Origin: the human T2T-CHM13v2.0 reference genome, Homo sapiens
Assembly (NCBI RefSeq): GCF_009914755.1
Contig: NC_060931.1
Reading direction: 5' to 3' (one strand)
DNA: 64,000 nucleotides
In this document: in pieces, positions 34,040-54,189 of the stretch
How positions within the stretch are numbered: the stretch's first letter is position 1
Layout: each line of letters opens with the position of its first letter
Made by a program: the position numbers and the translations under genes
The notes under the pieces: model-generated
The model's input: only the letters and a program-made list of their open reading frames with translations
Told to the model about the DNA's origin: nothing
Databases searched by the model: none

Positions 34040-35165
34040 TGTTTTTCTTACAGCTGTATTGAGGGTTAATTGATATATAATAAATGGCATATATTTACAG
34101 TGTACAGTATGAGAAGCTATGGCATACATGTACACTCATGAAACCATTACCATAATCAAGATAATAACATACCCATTACTCCCTGATATGGTTAGTCTTT
34201 GTGTCCCCACCCAAACCTCATCTTGAGTTGTAATCCCCATAATTCCCATAATCCCCACGTGTCAAGGGAGACACCAGGTGGAGGTAATTGAATCATAGGG
34301 ACAGTTTCCCCCATGCTGTTCCTGCGATAGTGAGTGACTTCTCACGACATCTGATGGTTTCATAAGGAGCTCTTGCCCCTTCATTTGGCACTACTCCTTC
34401 CTGCCGCCTTGTGAAGAAGGTGCCTTGCTTCCCCTTTGCCTTCTGCCGTGATTGTAAGTTACCTGAGGCCTCCCCAGCCATGGTGAACTGTGAGTCAAAC
34501 CTCTTTCCTTTATAAATTACCCAGTAAACTGTACATTTGTATCCAACTCTCAGTAAACTGGATAATTTATAAAGGAAAGAGATTTAATTGACTCACAGTT
34601 CACCATGGCTGGGGAGGAAAGGTGGAAGAGCCCCTTATAAAACCATCAGATCTTGTGAGAACTCTCAGGCAGTTCTTGATAGCAGTTGAAAATGGCTAAT
34701 ACACCCCCAAAAGATTTCTAAGGCTCCTCTGTAATTCTCTTCCTACTCCTCTATTATCCAGGTAACTACTCATCTGCTTTCTATAAATTAGTTTGTATTT
34801 TCTAGAATTTAATATAAATAGACGAATCCAGTGTGTGCTCTTTTTTTGTCTGAATTCTTTCAGCACAATTAACTTGAGATTCATCCATGTTCTTAATATG
34901 TATAAATAGTTCTCTCCTTTTTATTGCTGAGTGGTATTCCATTGGATGAATAGTCACAATTTGTTTATCTATTCACCTGCTGATGGAAATGTGTTTTTTC
35001 TCTCATTTGGGCTTGTTACAAATGCTGGGAATATTTATGTACAAGTCTTTATATGGACATATGTTTTCATTTATCTTGGGTAAATACTTAGGAGTGGGAT
35101 GGCTGGATCATATGGTAAGTATATGTTTAACTTTTTAAGAAACTGTCAAACTGTTTTCAAAAATA
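34040..35165 (-). mobile_element. Old L1 (L1MC/MD-type) 3' fragment split by THE1D
   Basis: ATGAAACCATTACCATAATCAAGATAA...CCC / CCCCCAAAAG...GGATGGCTGGATCATATGGTAAG. Confidence 0.75.
34184..34703 (+). mobile_element. THE1D-like solo LTR with internal inverted duplication
   Basis: TGATATGGTTAG...CTAATACA; TSD CTCCC/CCCCC; about 140-bp insert at 34526-34663. Confidence 0.9.
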
Positions 35166-36186
35166 GGAGTAAAGGAAATTGTTTATACAACAAACATTTC
35201 TTCAGCATAAAATTTAACTTACGTTGTTTAAAACAGTTGATTCTTAGGGCAGAGTGAGAGGGAGCGGGGAGATTGTTCACACTAATGAGTGTTTTAGTAC
35301 TTTTGATTGACATGCTAAAGTTTGCACCAATAGATTTTTTTCAAACTATTTCATGCTAATGTGCCAAATACAATCTCATTATTCATCCAAGGCATCCATT
35401 TCATTGCAAGGCTGTAGCAAAAATATGTCAGTCATTTGTTCTGCATCTTCCCTTGTTTACATTGAGGTTAATGGAAAGATCATTACTAAAATATCCATGT
35501 TTGGAATTTCATTACATGGAGAATTTAGTGATGTATACAGATTACTTAGTTACAAATACAGATTAATTGAAAACAGGGACCTAAAAAAAAAGATGTATTT
35601 CTGGAAGTACATACACATTTCCTTAGAATCAGTAAGTAACCGAGTTTGATACCCAAGCTATAGGACACATAGAGAGTTTGATACAAACTTAGATACCTGT
35701 ACCAAGCTCCCCTTTCTGTATGGGGTTTTCCTCCTTTAACAAGAAAGGAGAGGGAAAGTCATTCTGCCTTTAATATGAAAATAGCTATAGATCCCATTCC
35801 ACATACAGAGCCAGCATCTCCCATTCTCTGGCCTCCTCCCTGCCCCTTCCCATATTATTAGAGATTTTAGAGCCCATGTTTCTCCTAGTCATTTCTTGCT
35901 TTAAATTCCTGCTTCCACTGTACTCCTGATCTTCTTTGTGTCTTGCCTCCTGTAGCTGATCTCTTGTGTGTGCCCCCCACATGAACACAAACATGGAATA
36001 GCCCACTTTTCTTTAATCCCACAAAGTCATATAGGCTCCTGTATGTAGCAGAGTAGTAGTCTAGGTTTGCAGACATGGAAAGTGCAGTAGGGATTGCATC
36101 ACAGCACAGCACACAATTTAATTGAACATTAAGCATTATTTTTCCAGAGGTCTTCAGCTACCTGCCTTAGAAAATTTCTGCCCACT

Positions 36187-36539
<353 letters not shown>

Positions 36540-36554
36540 TTAACACAGATAGAG

Positions 36555-37130
36555 CAGTACTTCTCAAACTTAATATGCATATGGATCGAGCAGTACTTCT
36601 CAAACTTAATATGCATATGGATCACCTGGAGATTGTATTATAATATAGATTCTGATTCAGTGGGTCTTAGTCTGTTTTCTGTTGCTCTAACTGAATAGTT
36701 GAGATGGATGATTTATAAAGAAAAAGAATTTATTTCTTACAGTTCTGAGGGCTGGGAAGTCGAAGTTTGTGGTAACACACCTGGTGAGGGCCGTCTAGTT
36801 GCTGGGGACTCTCTGCAGAGTCCGAGGGTGCTCAGGGCATCACACTGTAAGGGGGCTGAGTTGCTAGCTCAGGATTCTCTTTCTTTTATAAAGCCACCCT
36901 TTTATGTCCTTCTCTAATCCTAATTACCTCCCAAATGTTCTGCTTCTCAAATACCATGGTTGCATTTCCCATCCTCTTAATACTATTACAATGGGGATTA
37001 AGTTTCAACATGACTTTCAGAGGGGACAAACATTCAAACTGTAGCAGTGGGTGTGGGGTGGAGCCTGAGATTCTGCTTTTCCAACAAGCCCCCAGGTGCT
37101 GGCAATCCTGCTGGTCCAAGGACTAGGCTT
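36555..37130. mobile_element. MER5A (hAT-Charlie) split by an MST LTR
   Basis: CAGTACTTCTCAAACTT...GGATCACCTGGAG...GATTCTGATTCAGTGGG / GTGGGGTGGAGCCTGAGATTCTGC...GCTGGTCC. Confidence 0.8.
36665..37046 (-). mobile_element. MaLR LTR, MSTC-like
   Basis: TCTTAGTCTGTTTTCTGTTGCT...ACATTCAAACTGTAGCA; GTGGG duplicated at 36660-36664 and 37047-37051. Confidence 0.85.
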
Positions 37131-37199
37131 TTGGAAACATCGGATGGGAGCAATCCAACTCTGATCCCCATCCATTTCTGAATCTACCTTTGTCCATCC

Positions 37200-37395
37200 C
37201 AGGCATCCTCAACTGGAGTCATTTTTGCCCCCCAAGGGACATTTGATAATGTCTGGAGATATTTTTGGCTGTCACAATTGGGGTGAGGCCAGGGATATTC
37301 CTGAACACCCTACAATGCAGAAGTCAGCCCCCCGCCCCCTGAAAACAGGAATTATTGAGCCCAGAATGTCAATAATGCTGTGGTTGACAAACCCC
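37200..37395. mobile_element. MER20 (hAT-Charlie)
   Basis: TTTTGCCCCCAAGGGACATTTG..AATGTCTGGAGATATTTTTGGCTGTCACAA...AATGTCAATAATGCTG.GGTTGACAAACCC. Confidence 0.85.
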
Positions 37396-38221
37396 ATTTA
37401 TTGCAATACTCTAAACTGCTTTTCTGAACAAAAGACCACCTACCTGGTGTCTCCACCCTAAAAGAACACTTGTGTGGATATTTTGAATGTTAACACTGCT
37501 GAGGCTTTCCTTCCTTAGCTCAGTTGCTGATTTCTATTTAAAGAGTGCATCTTCCTCTTCTAGAAATTAAACTCCCTATTCTTCTGCTCATATTTGCAGG
37601 CAGAAGTGGCTGAAGTCAGTCGTATTGTTTTTGTTTGTTCACTTTAAGTATCAATAAAAATTTTTTTGGCTAAGAACAAGTGCAATGTAATGTATATTTA
37701 TTATTATGAGTACATGTTATTAATAAGCCTCTGCTTTATCTTCTCCTACAGTTTTATTCTCTGCTATCTTGGCATTAAGAGATAAAAAGAGATCTCAAAC
37801 ATCCTCCTAGCATAAAAAAATCACTTTATAAATATACAAGGAAAGAAACTACTTTAATTGATGGAGTTCTGGTTTAGGTTAAAGAATGCCCTCTCCTTTT
37901 CTCAGCTTCTACCAGTGATGTGCTGGTCACAGTCCTAGTTATGTGAAGGTTCTTTTTAAATAAAGTATATGATGATGATGAATGTTCCCCAAATAATACT
38001 AAAATACCTTGCCAGAATCGGGAACTTACCAACGGTGAAATTTGAGGGATTGGTATTCCTAACATTCCTAAGGAGGAATGGAGGAATTAGTAGTATCAGT
38101 TACATACAAATTAGAATTCATACGAATTCGTGAAAGGGAATAGTCTTGGATTAGTATGATAATACTAATTAGTACCCCATGGAGGGAATAGTCTTGGATT
38201 AGCATGATAATTAAAAGTAAG

Positions 38222-38580
38222 GGCCAGGTGTGATGGCCCATGCCTGTAATTCCAAAAATTTGGAAGCTGAGGCAGGAGGATTGCTTCAGGCAAGAAGTTT
38301 GAGACCAGCCTGAACAACATAGTGGGACCCTTTTGTAGAGACAAAATTTTTGTCTCTACAAAAAATTTAAAAATTAGCCTGGTTTCAAGTAAAGTAGTTC
38401 CTTAAACCAGAACTGGGTGTGGAGGCGTGTGCCTGTAGTCCCAGCTACTTGGGAGGCTTGAGGCAGGAGGCTTGCTTGAGTCTAGGAGTTTGAGGCTACA
38501 GTGAGCTATGATCCTATGATCCTGCCACTGCACTCGACTGGGTGATGGAGCAAGACCCTGTCTCTAAAAATAAAAAAAAA
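38222..38580 (+). mobile_element. AluJ with several small insertions
   Basis: J-type GGAGGATTGCTT, GAGGCTACAGTGAGCTATGATC; flanks TAAAAGTA.G. Confidence 0.88.
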
Positions 38581-38589
38581 GTTAAAAAG

Positions 38590-38945
38590 TAGGTCTGCAG
38601 CTAGAGTTCCTGGGTTAGAACCTTAGCTGTACCAATTGCTTTGTGACCTTGGCAGTGCAAGGCAAGGCAAGCTCTGTAACCTTGGCAGGCAGCTGTAGGG
38701 TACATATAATACAGGGTTTAGAATGGCACACCCTGGAGTTGTACAGTGCACAATCTGCACAGCCGTATGTGTAGCCTTGGTCCTTGGGCACTTTTAAAAA
38801 TCAGTCTTTGCCTCTTTTTCTTCTTTTGTAAATGAAGATAATAACTATCTACCTCATAGGGTTGGTGAGAGTTTTAAATGACACCATATTTATGAGGTAT
38901 TTAGGACAGAAGCTAGCACATGATAAGCATTCAATAAATGCCACG
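38590..38945 (+). mobile_element. MIR interrupted by a MER91-like element (about 38670-38780)
   Basis: MIR: CCTGGGTTAGAACCTTAGCTGT..TGTGACCTTGG / ACCTCATAGGGTTGGTGAG; insert CTGGAGTTGTACAGTGCACAATCTGCACAGCCGTA. Confidence 0.7.
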
Positions 38946-39699
38946 TTGTCTTAATTTTCTTTACAATGTAGGACAGAGAGATAGTAGGGATTTCCATGAA
39001 ATACAAGAATTTTCTGTGGCTTTGGGAAAAACTATAGAGTAGAGGAAGTAGAAGGAGATTGGATATTAACAATAACATCTAATATTCTCTGTTGTTAATA
39101 TAATATTAATGCAACTCTACTCAAAATTAATAGGACAAAATTCTAGACAATTAATTATTATGAATCCAAACACCAGGCTCAATTCTCACCCTACTTGATC
39201 CATATCAGCCTCATTTATTTTAGGAAAGTGTTTACAAAACTGACTTAACACCATTCTCCCAGATTTTCTGAGGTATTGATCAATGGATCAGACATATAAA
39301 AAGCATCTCCTACATCTTTAAGCTACCCCTACTAAAACCATATCTATTACGTTACCCAGCATAGTAAAGATTGATGTGATTTGTTCCAGAACTTACAGTT
39401 AGGCAAGTGATAATCTCTGGAGAAAACAATATAGATAGTTGCACAGCTGTGAAGCTATCTGCCTCACCTGCAAGGAATGTCAGAACTAAATTTAATACTT
39501 AGAGAATTACATCACCTTCAGTTTCCTTTTTCTGTATTAACTTAGATCTCTGTCTTAGCTTTATTTCCCTGTGTATAAGACTATGTGCCTTTTTTATAAG
39601 ATCAAATTCTTTTATGCAAACAGGAAAGAAATAGATTACACATTTATTTAAAAGGTAGTAATATGTTTGATAACATCTCTACCATTTTTCAAGACATTC

Positions 39700-40310
39700 A
39701 GGCTCAAACCTTGTAATCCTCTCTTTTTCCTTCCCTTCATTCCCGAAAGCTATGTCACGCAGATTTTTTTCTCTAGAAAATTTGTATAGCCATTTTCCCC
39801 TTCATCCCCATTGTTCCCACTGTAGTCCAGGATCTTACCATATTATATGTAGATTATTATGACATCCTCCCATCTGACTTCTTGGCCTTATGTGTGTCCC
39901 CTTGAAACTAGCCTCAATATTCATATTCAGTAAGTGCCACTTTCATCAGGACATTCCTATGCTCAAAAACGTACTTTGATTCTCGATTTTGTCTCTATGT
40001 TTTACCTTCATTTTGCCTGGCCCTTTGGCTGTATCGTACTTGCTTCTCTGACCTTTCTTTCTTTTAACCTTTTGTATTGAAACTCCACTCTTTTTTAGCT
40101 TGTTTCCTCACTGCCCCATGCCTCTGTCTCCAAACCTTTGCTTATGTTTCTCTCACCAGGGGTGCTTATCTTCTCCCTTCCCCTGCTCAGTTGAAATGCA
40201 TTTTTGTTGTTTTTTAAGCATTATCTTAACAGGTAGCATTAAAGTTTCCCTTAGGGAGAGAATCATGTTTGTTTACAGAACAAATCTTGATAAGGTGTGC
40301 TTGGAATGAA
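39700..40310. mobile_element. L2 fragments
   Basis: Pyrimidine-rich L2-like stretches (TAGTCCAGGATCTTACCAT...CCTATGCTCAAAAAC). Confidence 0.5.
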
Positions 40311-40620
40311 AGGTGGAACCTTGAAAGCATGGGTTGCAGCATCCAAGGAAGAAAAACAGCTAAGTCCTCTGCATTAGAGATGGAGATGGAGAGAACTGGG
40401 AATGAGAGAGGAGAGGGGAGAAAGGGGAGGGTCAAGCAACAAGGTGGAATGGTTTAAGAATACGGATTTTCAGTGCTCAATTTGAAATTATTTTCTTTAC
40501 TGGTCTCCATTGTCTCTAATTTTCACTTTGATTTGCTCTTGTTAGTTGAGTTTCACATTTGATTCAATGCCGAAAAGCACATTGCTTTCTCTTGAGCTAG
40601 ATTTTAAGCTACTTGAGTAG

Positions 40621-40975
<355 letters not shown>

Positions 40976-41219
40976 TTACAAGTTGTAAAGAGGTTACAAC
41001 TTATATTCATTCAGAACTCACCACAGGGCCAAGCACAAGCACAGAGCTGGGCAAGCGCATATGCAACTGACCATTGATGGAATCTACCTTTAAGTAGACA
41101 TGATGATTAATACTCATGGATATGTGCAGCTGGCAGAGTAATAGAATACCCAAAGCTTAAAGGAAAATAAATTGTTGTAAAACGTGTTTTTGGGAAGTGA
41201 GCTAAAATCTCCTAGTTTA

Positions 41220-41565
41220 CAGCGGAAGTTGGCAGGTTTTTTTCTGTAAAGGGACAGATAATAAATATTTTTGCTTTGTAAAGCATAATCTCTTTGTCGC
41301 AACTATTCAAGTTTGACCTGTGGCCTATGCAAAAGCAGCCATAGATAATAGATAAACAGATGACTATAGCTGTGTTTTGATGAAACTTTATATATGGATA
41401 CTGAAATCTGAATTTTATATACTTTTCATGTGAAGAAGAAATATTCTTCTTTTAATAGTTTTCAACAAGTTAAAAATGTAACAGCCATTCTTAACTCATG
41501 GGCTGTCTAAAACCAGGTGGTGGGCCTGATTTGGCATTTTGTTCTCAATAGGTGACCTCCGATTT
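41220..41565. mobile_element. MER58B-like (hAT-Charlie)
   Basis: TTTCTGTAAAGGGACAGATAATAAATATTTT...AAAAGCAGCCATAGATAATA...CAGGTGGTGGGCCTGATTTGGC. Confidence 0.8.
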
Positions 41566-41937
41566 AGATAATCCATCTTACTTGCTTGTGTGTTTTATGA
41601 AATAAGCTCTTATTTTAAAAAAATATACTTTCTATTCTGGGAATTCTGTATATGATTTTGTTTAAAATGAGGATTTCCTTCTTTAAAAAAAAGTTTGAGA
41701 ACTCTTGATCATGATTTTAGACCATCATCAAGTGGTTATTTTTCTCTTGAGTTACTATTAGAGCTTTGAACTGTATACCAGAGCTGTCAATCATAAATGT
41801 CTTGAATACATGGGTTGAGAGGATACATATGTAGAACATCATTATTCAAGCACTTCCATATTAGATGGCTATATCTCAAAGACTGGGTCTTTTTCCAATC
41901 ACTAGAACAGCTAGAGATTCTGTTTCAATTAACGTCT

Positions 41938-42230
41938 CCTTTTTTTTTTTTGACACAGAGTCTTGCACTGTTGCCCAGGCTGGAGTGTAGTGGCGCGATC
42001 TGGGCTCACTGCAACCTCTGCCTCCTGAGTTCAGCAATTCTCCTGCCTCAGCCTCCCAAGTAGCTGGGATTCAGGCACCCACCACCATGCCCAGCTAATT
42101 TTTGGTATTTTTAGTAGAGATGGGGTTTCACTTTGTTGGCCAGGCTGGTCTCAATCTCCTGACCTCATGATCTACCCACCTTGGTCTCCCAAAGTGCTGG
42201 GGTTACAGATGTGAGCCACTGTGCCCAGCC
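41938..42230 (-). mobile_element. AluS
   Basis: Full dimer; TSD TTCAATTAAC(G/T)TCT at 41924-41937 and 42231-42244. Confidence 0.92.
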
Positions 42231-43413
42231 TTCAATTAACTTCTTAAATGTATGTCTATTTGTTTGCCTTTGCTTTGTCGATGTTAAAAAAAAAAGAAAA
42301 GGAAAAACGGATATAAAGAAATGCATGTGCATCTGCATCTTTGCCAGTGTTGGAGGACTTAAAATATATCTACATTAAATGTGTGCAACATCCCTGAGCT
42401 TGGTATCTGATGACTTTATGAATATTATATAAGCTTGAAAGCCAATATTCAGAAGAATATCTTGGCTTCAGACTGAAAATAATGCAAAGCTGCAATTTTC
42501 TTGCAGAAATTCCTAAAGTTAGAGCTTTATTTGCCTAGGGAAGAAATTCATAATTCAGTATTCCCTGTTAGCTTTTCTGAATCCCAAAGATGCTGGAGTC
42601 TAATTCATATGCTACCCCTCAAACTTTCATTTTGCATTTACTCCCACTAAGGGTCATTTAGCTTTAAAATTTTATCAACCATTTTCATAAAGATATCACA
42701 ATATAATGAAGGGATAATCAAAAATATTTTTTAAAAATTATCCTGATAACTCATTTTATGTTGATTATATGCCTGACTCACCATGGTTACAACACATTCT
42801 AAATTTGCCCAAAAAGCCTAGAGAAAGAAATGAGGAAAGATAGAAAAGGATGATGATACCAGGAAAGTAAAAATACACTTCAGTAAACCTCTGAAAAGAG
42901 GCATAGGAATTTTCACTCGAATGCAAATACATGTGTCTCACAGTAGAATCAAATAGGGCATGATTCATAACCCAGTTCCTACCCAGTGTGATTTATCAAT
43001 ATAATTTGCTTTCTTGTTGCTATATTAAATTGTGCTTGGAGAAGATGCCAATTTCTTCTAGTTTTAATACGTTTTTCTCATTGTGATTGGTATTTGTTTG
43101 TACCTTAACCAAAAAAAAAAAAAAAAAAATTGAAGAAAAGAAGAAAACAGTTACATTTGGTTTATTAAAAATGTCTTTCTTCTGGATTATTGTGGTCTTT
43201 AGATGGCCCTCACACAATCACAGTGGTAAAGCTAACAGAAAGGCATATTTCAGAATTATAACTTTCAATCTAGGCATGTATGCTTAAAGTTGGGGATAGA
43301 TGTTAATTAGAAAATCCATATTGGTTTTCAAACCATTAATACTTATGACGACTAAATAAAAACAGGGAATGTATTTTTCCACCCGGAAGCAAAACTACTG
43401 GAACTATAGGCAG

Positions 43414-43447
43414 ACACACACACACACACACACACACACACCACACA
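43414..43447. repeat. (CA)n microsatellite
   Basis: Direct reading. Confidence 0.92.
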
Positions 43448-44035
43448 ATTTGGGCCCCAACGGAGTGTAAGAGCAATGATGACTAGATCATTTTTGAAAA
43501 TCCAGTAAAACTATTATGTAAATGTGGAAGATGATAATTTGGTAGGTTGACTTTTTCACTTTTCTTCAACTGGTTATTTTTGTGTTACTTAGCTGCAACT
43601 TGTGTGTTGGAAATTAACACGGTGATCAGAAGTATAAGGTTATGAATGACCAATCAGAGAGAGAGACAAAAGAGAAAAGAAGGAAAGGAAGAAACTTTTT
43701 ATGTTGGTCCCTGGGAATGGCTGGATGATCTTTTTCCCCAGCATCTATTTTTCAAGATTATAGTGGCTATAAAATTCACTCAGCTGAGGAGGATGAAAAT
43801 CATTTTTTAATTTACAAGCTTGCCAAGCAGTTTACTAAGCAGCTTAGGGGGTTGGTTGTTTGTATTTATGTTCTCAGTCAATGATAGAATTAACTTTAAT
43901 TGTATATAATGAGATTTGAGAGATTTTAAGTGTAAAAGCCACAAATGCAAAGCTTTTGGTAATTTTCTGAGATTTCACCACCTCACCAATCCCACTGTGA
44001 GCCCTATATTCAAGAAAAGCAAATAAAGTTTTTAT

Positions 44036-44178
44036 CTTTTTTTTTTTTTTTTTTTTTAATAGAGACGGGGGTCTCACCATGTTGACCAGGCTGGTCTGGA
44101 ACTCCTGGCCTCAAGTGATCTGCCCACCTCAGCTTTCCAAATTGCTGAGATTATAGGTGGGAGCCACCACAACCGGCC
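44036..44178 (-). mobile_element. FLAM_C / Alu left monomer
   Basis: Single monomer with poly(T); flanks AAATAAAGTTTTTA / AAATAAGTTTTTA. Confidence 0.85.
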
Positions 44179-44256
44179 AGAAATAAGTTTTTAAAGGATA
44201 ATAATTATTTTAGGAGTTTTCCTTAGTTATATCTCTCTTCAGTTATAGTCAAAGAC

Positions 44257-44584
44257 AGGAGTTGACAAATTAAGGCCTAGGATCAGATTCAATCAGCCAT
44301 TTGTTTTTATAAGATCACATTATAAGAATGTTTTTATATTTTGAAATGATTAAAAACAAAAAAGTTATCCTGAATAATTTTCATGTGAAAGTTATATGAA
44401 ATTCAATTTTCAGAGTTCACACTAAAGTTATTGGAACACAGCCATGCTCATTCACTAATGAATTGTTTATGGCAGCTTTTGTGCTATGACACCAGAGCTG
44501 AGTGATTGAGGCAGAGATGGTATCGCTGCAAAGCGTAAAATATTTACTATTTGGCTGTTTACAGAAAAAGTTTGCCAATTCCTG
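44257..44584. mobile_element. MER33-like (hAT-Charlie)
   Basis: TIR-like ends CAGGAGTTGACAAA...TTTGCCAATTCCTG; internal TTGGAACACAGCCATGCTCATTC. Confidence 0.82.
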
Positions 44585-44803
44585 CTCCAAGATAGTCTTG
44601 TCCACAGATTATGCATCCAACGTAAGGACAGGACAAAAAAAAAAAAAAAGCCCAGCTATTAACTCATATAACATAAATAAATTAGATGGTTGGCAAGTCT
44701 ATCTTATTGGGCTGTAAATGCCTGGCCAAAAACATTGGAATTTAGTGAAGAAAATTAGAACGCAGGTTAGTAGGCATTATATTGCTTAGACTGTATCTGA
44801 AGA

Positions 44804-45103
44804 GTTTGTTTTAGTTTTTGTTTTATTTTGAGACAGAGCCTCATTCTGTCTCCCAGGCTGGAGTAGAGTGGCATGATCTATACTCACTGCAGTCTCCGCC
44901 TCCCAGGTTCAAGCGATTCTCCTGCCTCAGCCTCCTGAGTAGCTAGGATTATAGGTGTGTGCCACCACGCCCAGCTAATTTTTGTATTTTTAGTAGAGAT
45001 GGGGTTTTGCCACATTGGCCAGGCTGGTCTTGAACTCCTGACCTCAAGTGATCTGCCCACCTCGGCCTCCCAAAGTGCTAAGGTTACAGGCATGATCCCG
45101 GCC
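44804..45103 (-). mobile_element. AluSx/Sz
   Basis: Full dimer, CTCCTGACCTCAAGTGATC. Confidence 0.9.
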
Positions 45104-45346
45104 TATTTTTTGTATATAATAAAATAGGAAATAGTTTCATCCTTCTTTACCAGAACTTGTGTGGCATCACGAACAACAATAGTTATAGATGAGGCTACTT
45201 TAGAACTTGTAAACAGTGATACAGATGTCAAGAATTAAGGTATATTTGGAATATACTCATCCATCAAGAACATCTAATAAGTAGTCTCAAACTTTTTCTG
45301 ATCATGTGCCACCAGCAACAAAATTCATGAAACATAATTCCCACTA

Positions 45347-45705
45347 TTTTAAAAAAATAGCTTTATTGAGATAAGTTCACATCCCATATAATTCACCCAA
45401 AGTGTACAATTCAATAGTTTTTATTTGTATTCATGGGAACGTGAACAACCATCATCACAGTCTATTTTAGAACATTTTCATCACCTCGAAATGAAACTCT
45501 ATACTCTTTAATTATCATTTCCTTATCCCCCCATTTCCATAGCCACTAGCAACCACTTACGTACATTTTGTCTGTATACATTTGCCCATTCTGAACATTT
45601 CATATAAATGGCATCATATAATATGTGGGCTTATGATACTAGCTTCTTTCACTTAGCATAATGTCTTCAAGATAAATCCATGTTGTAGTATGTATCATTA
45701 CTTAA
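45347..45705 (-). mobile_element. L1MB 3'UTR fragment
   Basis: AGCTTTATTGAGATAAGTTCACAT...AAAGTGTACAATTCA...CTTCTTTCACTTAGCATAATG. Confidence 0.8.
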
Positions 45706-45882
45706 TTCTGGCAGACAGAAGCAGCTAGCTCTCTGAGTCTCTTCTTACAAGGGCACTGATGCCATCATAAGGGCCTAGCCCTCATGATGTCATCTGAACC
45801 CAATTACCTCCCAAAGGCCATCACATTGGAAGTTAGGACTTCAACGTATGAATTTTAGAAGGACACAATTCAGTCCATAGTA
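45706..45882 (-). mobile_element. MLT1A-like LTR fragment
   Basis: AATTACCTCCCAAAGGCC...TTCAACGTATGAATTT...ACACAATTCAGTCCATAG. Confidence 0.75.
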
Positions 45883-45932
45883 CTGTTTGTCAGATCCAAT
45901 GTCATCATCATTCTTTTTACCTTGTAAAGTAG

Positions 45933-52920
<6,988 letters not shown>

Positions 52921-53449
52921 TATTTCCTGTTTTCTTTGCAGAAATCTTTTAAAGCTGTTTATTTATTTTGTAAAGGTAAGTTTCATTAAAATTATAATCT
53001 GTAAACTCCTTTTTCTGGCACACATAACTATAATATATTCAACACACTGAAAGCTAAAAAAATGAGGATAAACACAACTATTACACCCTGCTCCCCAACC
53101 ACGTTATAGAACATTTATTCTTCCTTTAAGATGTCTTCCTTCCATTTTGACAGACTCACATGTAGAAAGAATGGGGGCTCCAGAGTATCTCTGAATAATT
53201 AACACAAAAAGCCTAATGTATTATTTTTAAGAACAAAAATATGAAGAGATGTCTTTTCTTCTGCACACCCTCCCCCCAAATCATCTTATGCACGTCCTGG
53301 GAATGCACCCATCTTTGAAGACCTAGGAAAAAACCTCACAACCTGAGTGAGGGTTATTTTTAAAAGAGAATATTCTAAAAACCAATGTGGTGTGGCAATT
53401 TTTGTCTTTAAGGGGAGGATTTACTAATTTGTCAAAGAAGTTATAGTTC

Positions 53450-53640
53450 ATCAGCTTTATATAGTGTTTACTATGTACCAGGCACTATTTTAAACACTTT
53501 ATAAATATTAGCTCAATTAGTCCTCATAATAACCCTTGGGATAAGTACAATTATTTTTTCATTTTACTTTGGAGGGAACTGAGGCATGGAACTAAGAGAC
53601 TGTCTGGCTCTTAACCAGTGCACTCAGTTGTCTCTGCCTA
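53450..53640 (-). mobile_element. MIR
   Basis: TTTACTATGTACCAGGCACT...TCCTCATAATAACCCT...GGGAACTGAGGCA. Confidence 0.78.
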
Positions 53641-54189
53641 GTTAACAATTATTAGAAAAATGTAACCCAAGTTTGGAATGAAATAGCAAATCAAGTCCCA
53701 AGCCTCTTTCCCCGTTCTCTCCCCGACCACCCCAAAGCCAGAGTCATTTCATGCTTCATTCTAGGTATTTAGTCCTGCCACAGATCGTTTTATTTTTTCA
53801 AAATAAGTCTGTTCTAAGGAGTGGCCTGGAAATACAAGTGGAATTACACTATTATTTTATTCTGATTACAATAATATTTGTTCTGGTTAGAATAAACTAT
53901 TCTCTTAGGAAAGACAGGGTTAGGAGACAGGAAGTTATCACAGATGAAGGAAAATGAGGTCCTGTGCACCTAGGGAATGATTAGAAAAAAATTAAAAAAG
54001 GAGGAAGGAAACCAAGTATGCTTTAGAAGGAAAACAAACTGGGCTTAACACAGTTCCTATGTGTTTGGGGTTGTAGGGAGAAGGCAAAGAATAGTGAAAT
54101 AACACAGATGAAAAAGAAGAATCGGTCAAAATTAGGAGAGTGAGAAGACATATAGGTTTTTAAATTTAATTGACTTTTTGATCTTTTAA

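Noticed and set aside
43020-43135. A-tract after AT-rich sequence as a possible processed pseudogene tail
   Set aside because: No upstream AATAAA at the right distance, no TSD and no coding remnant
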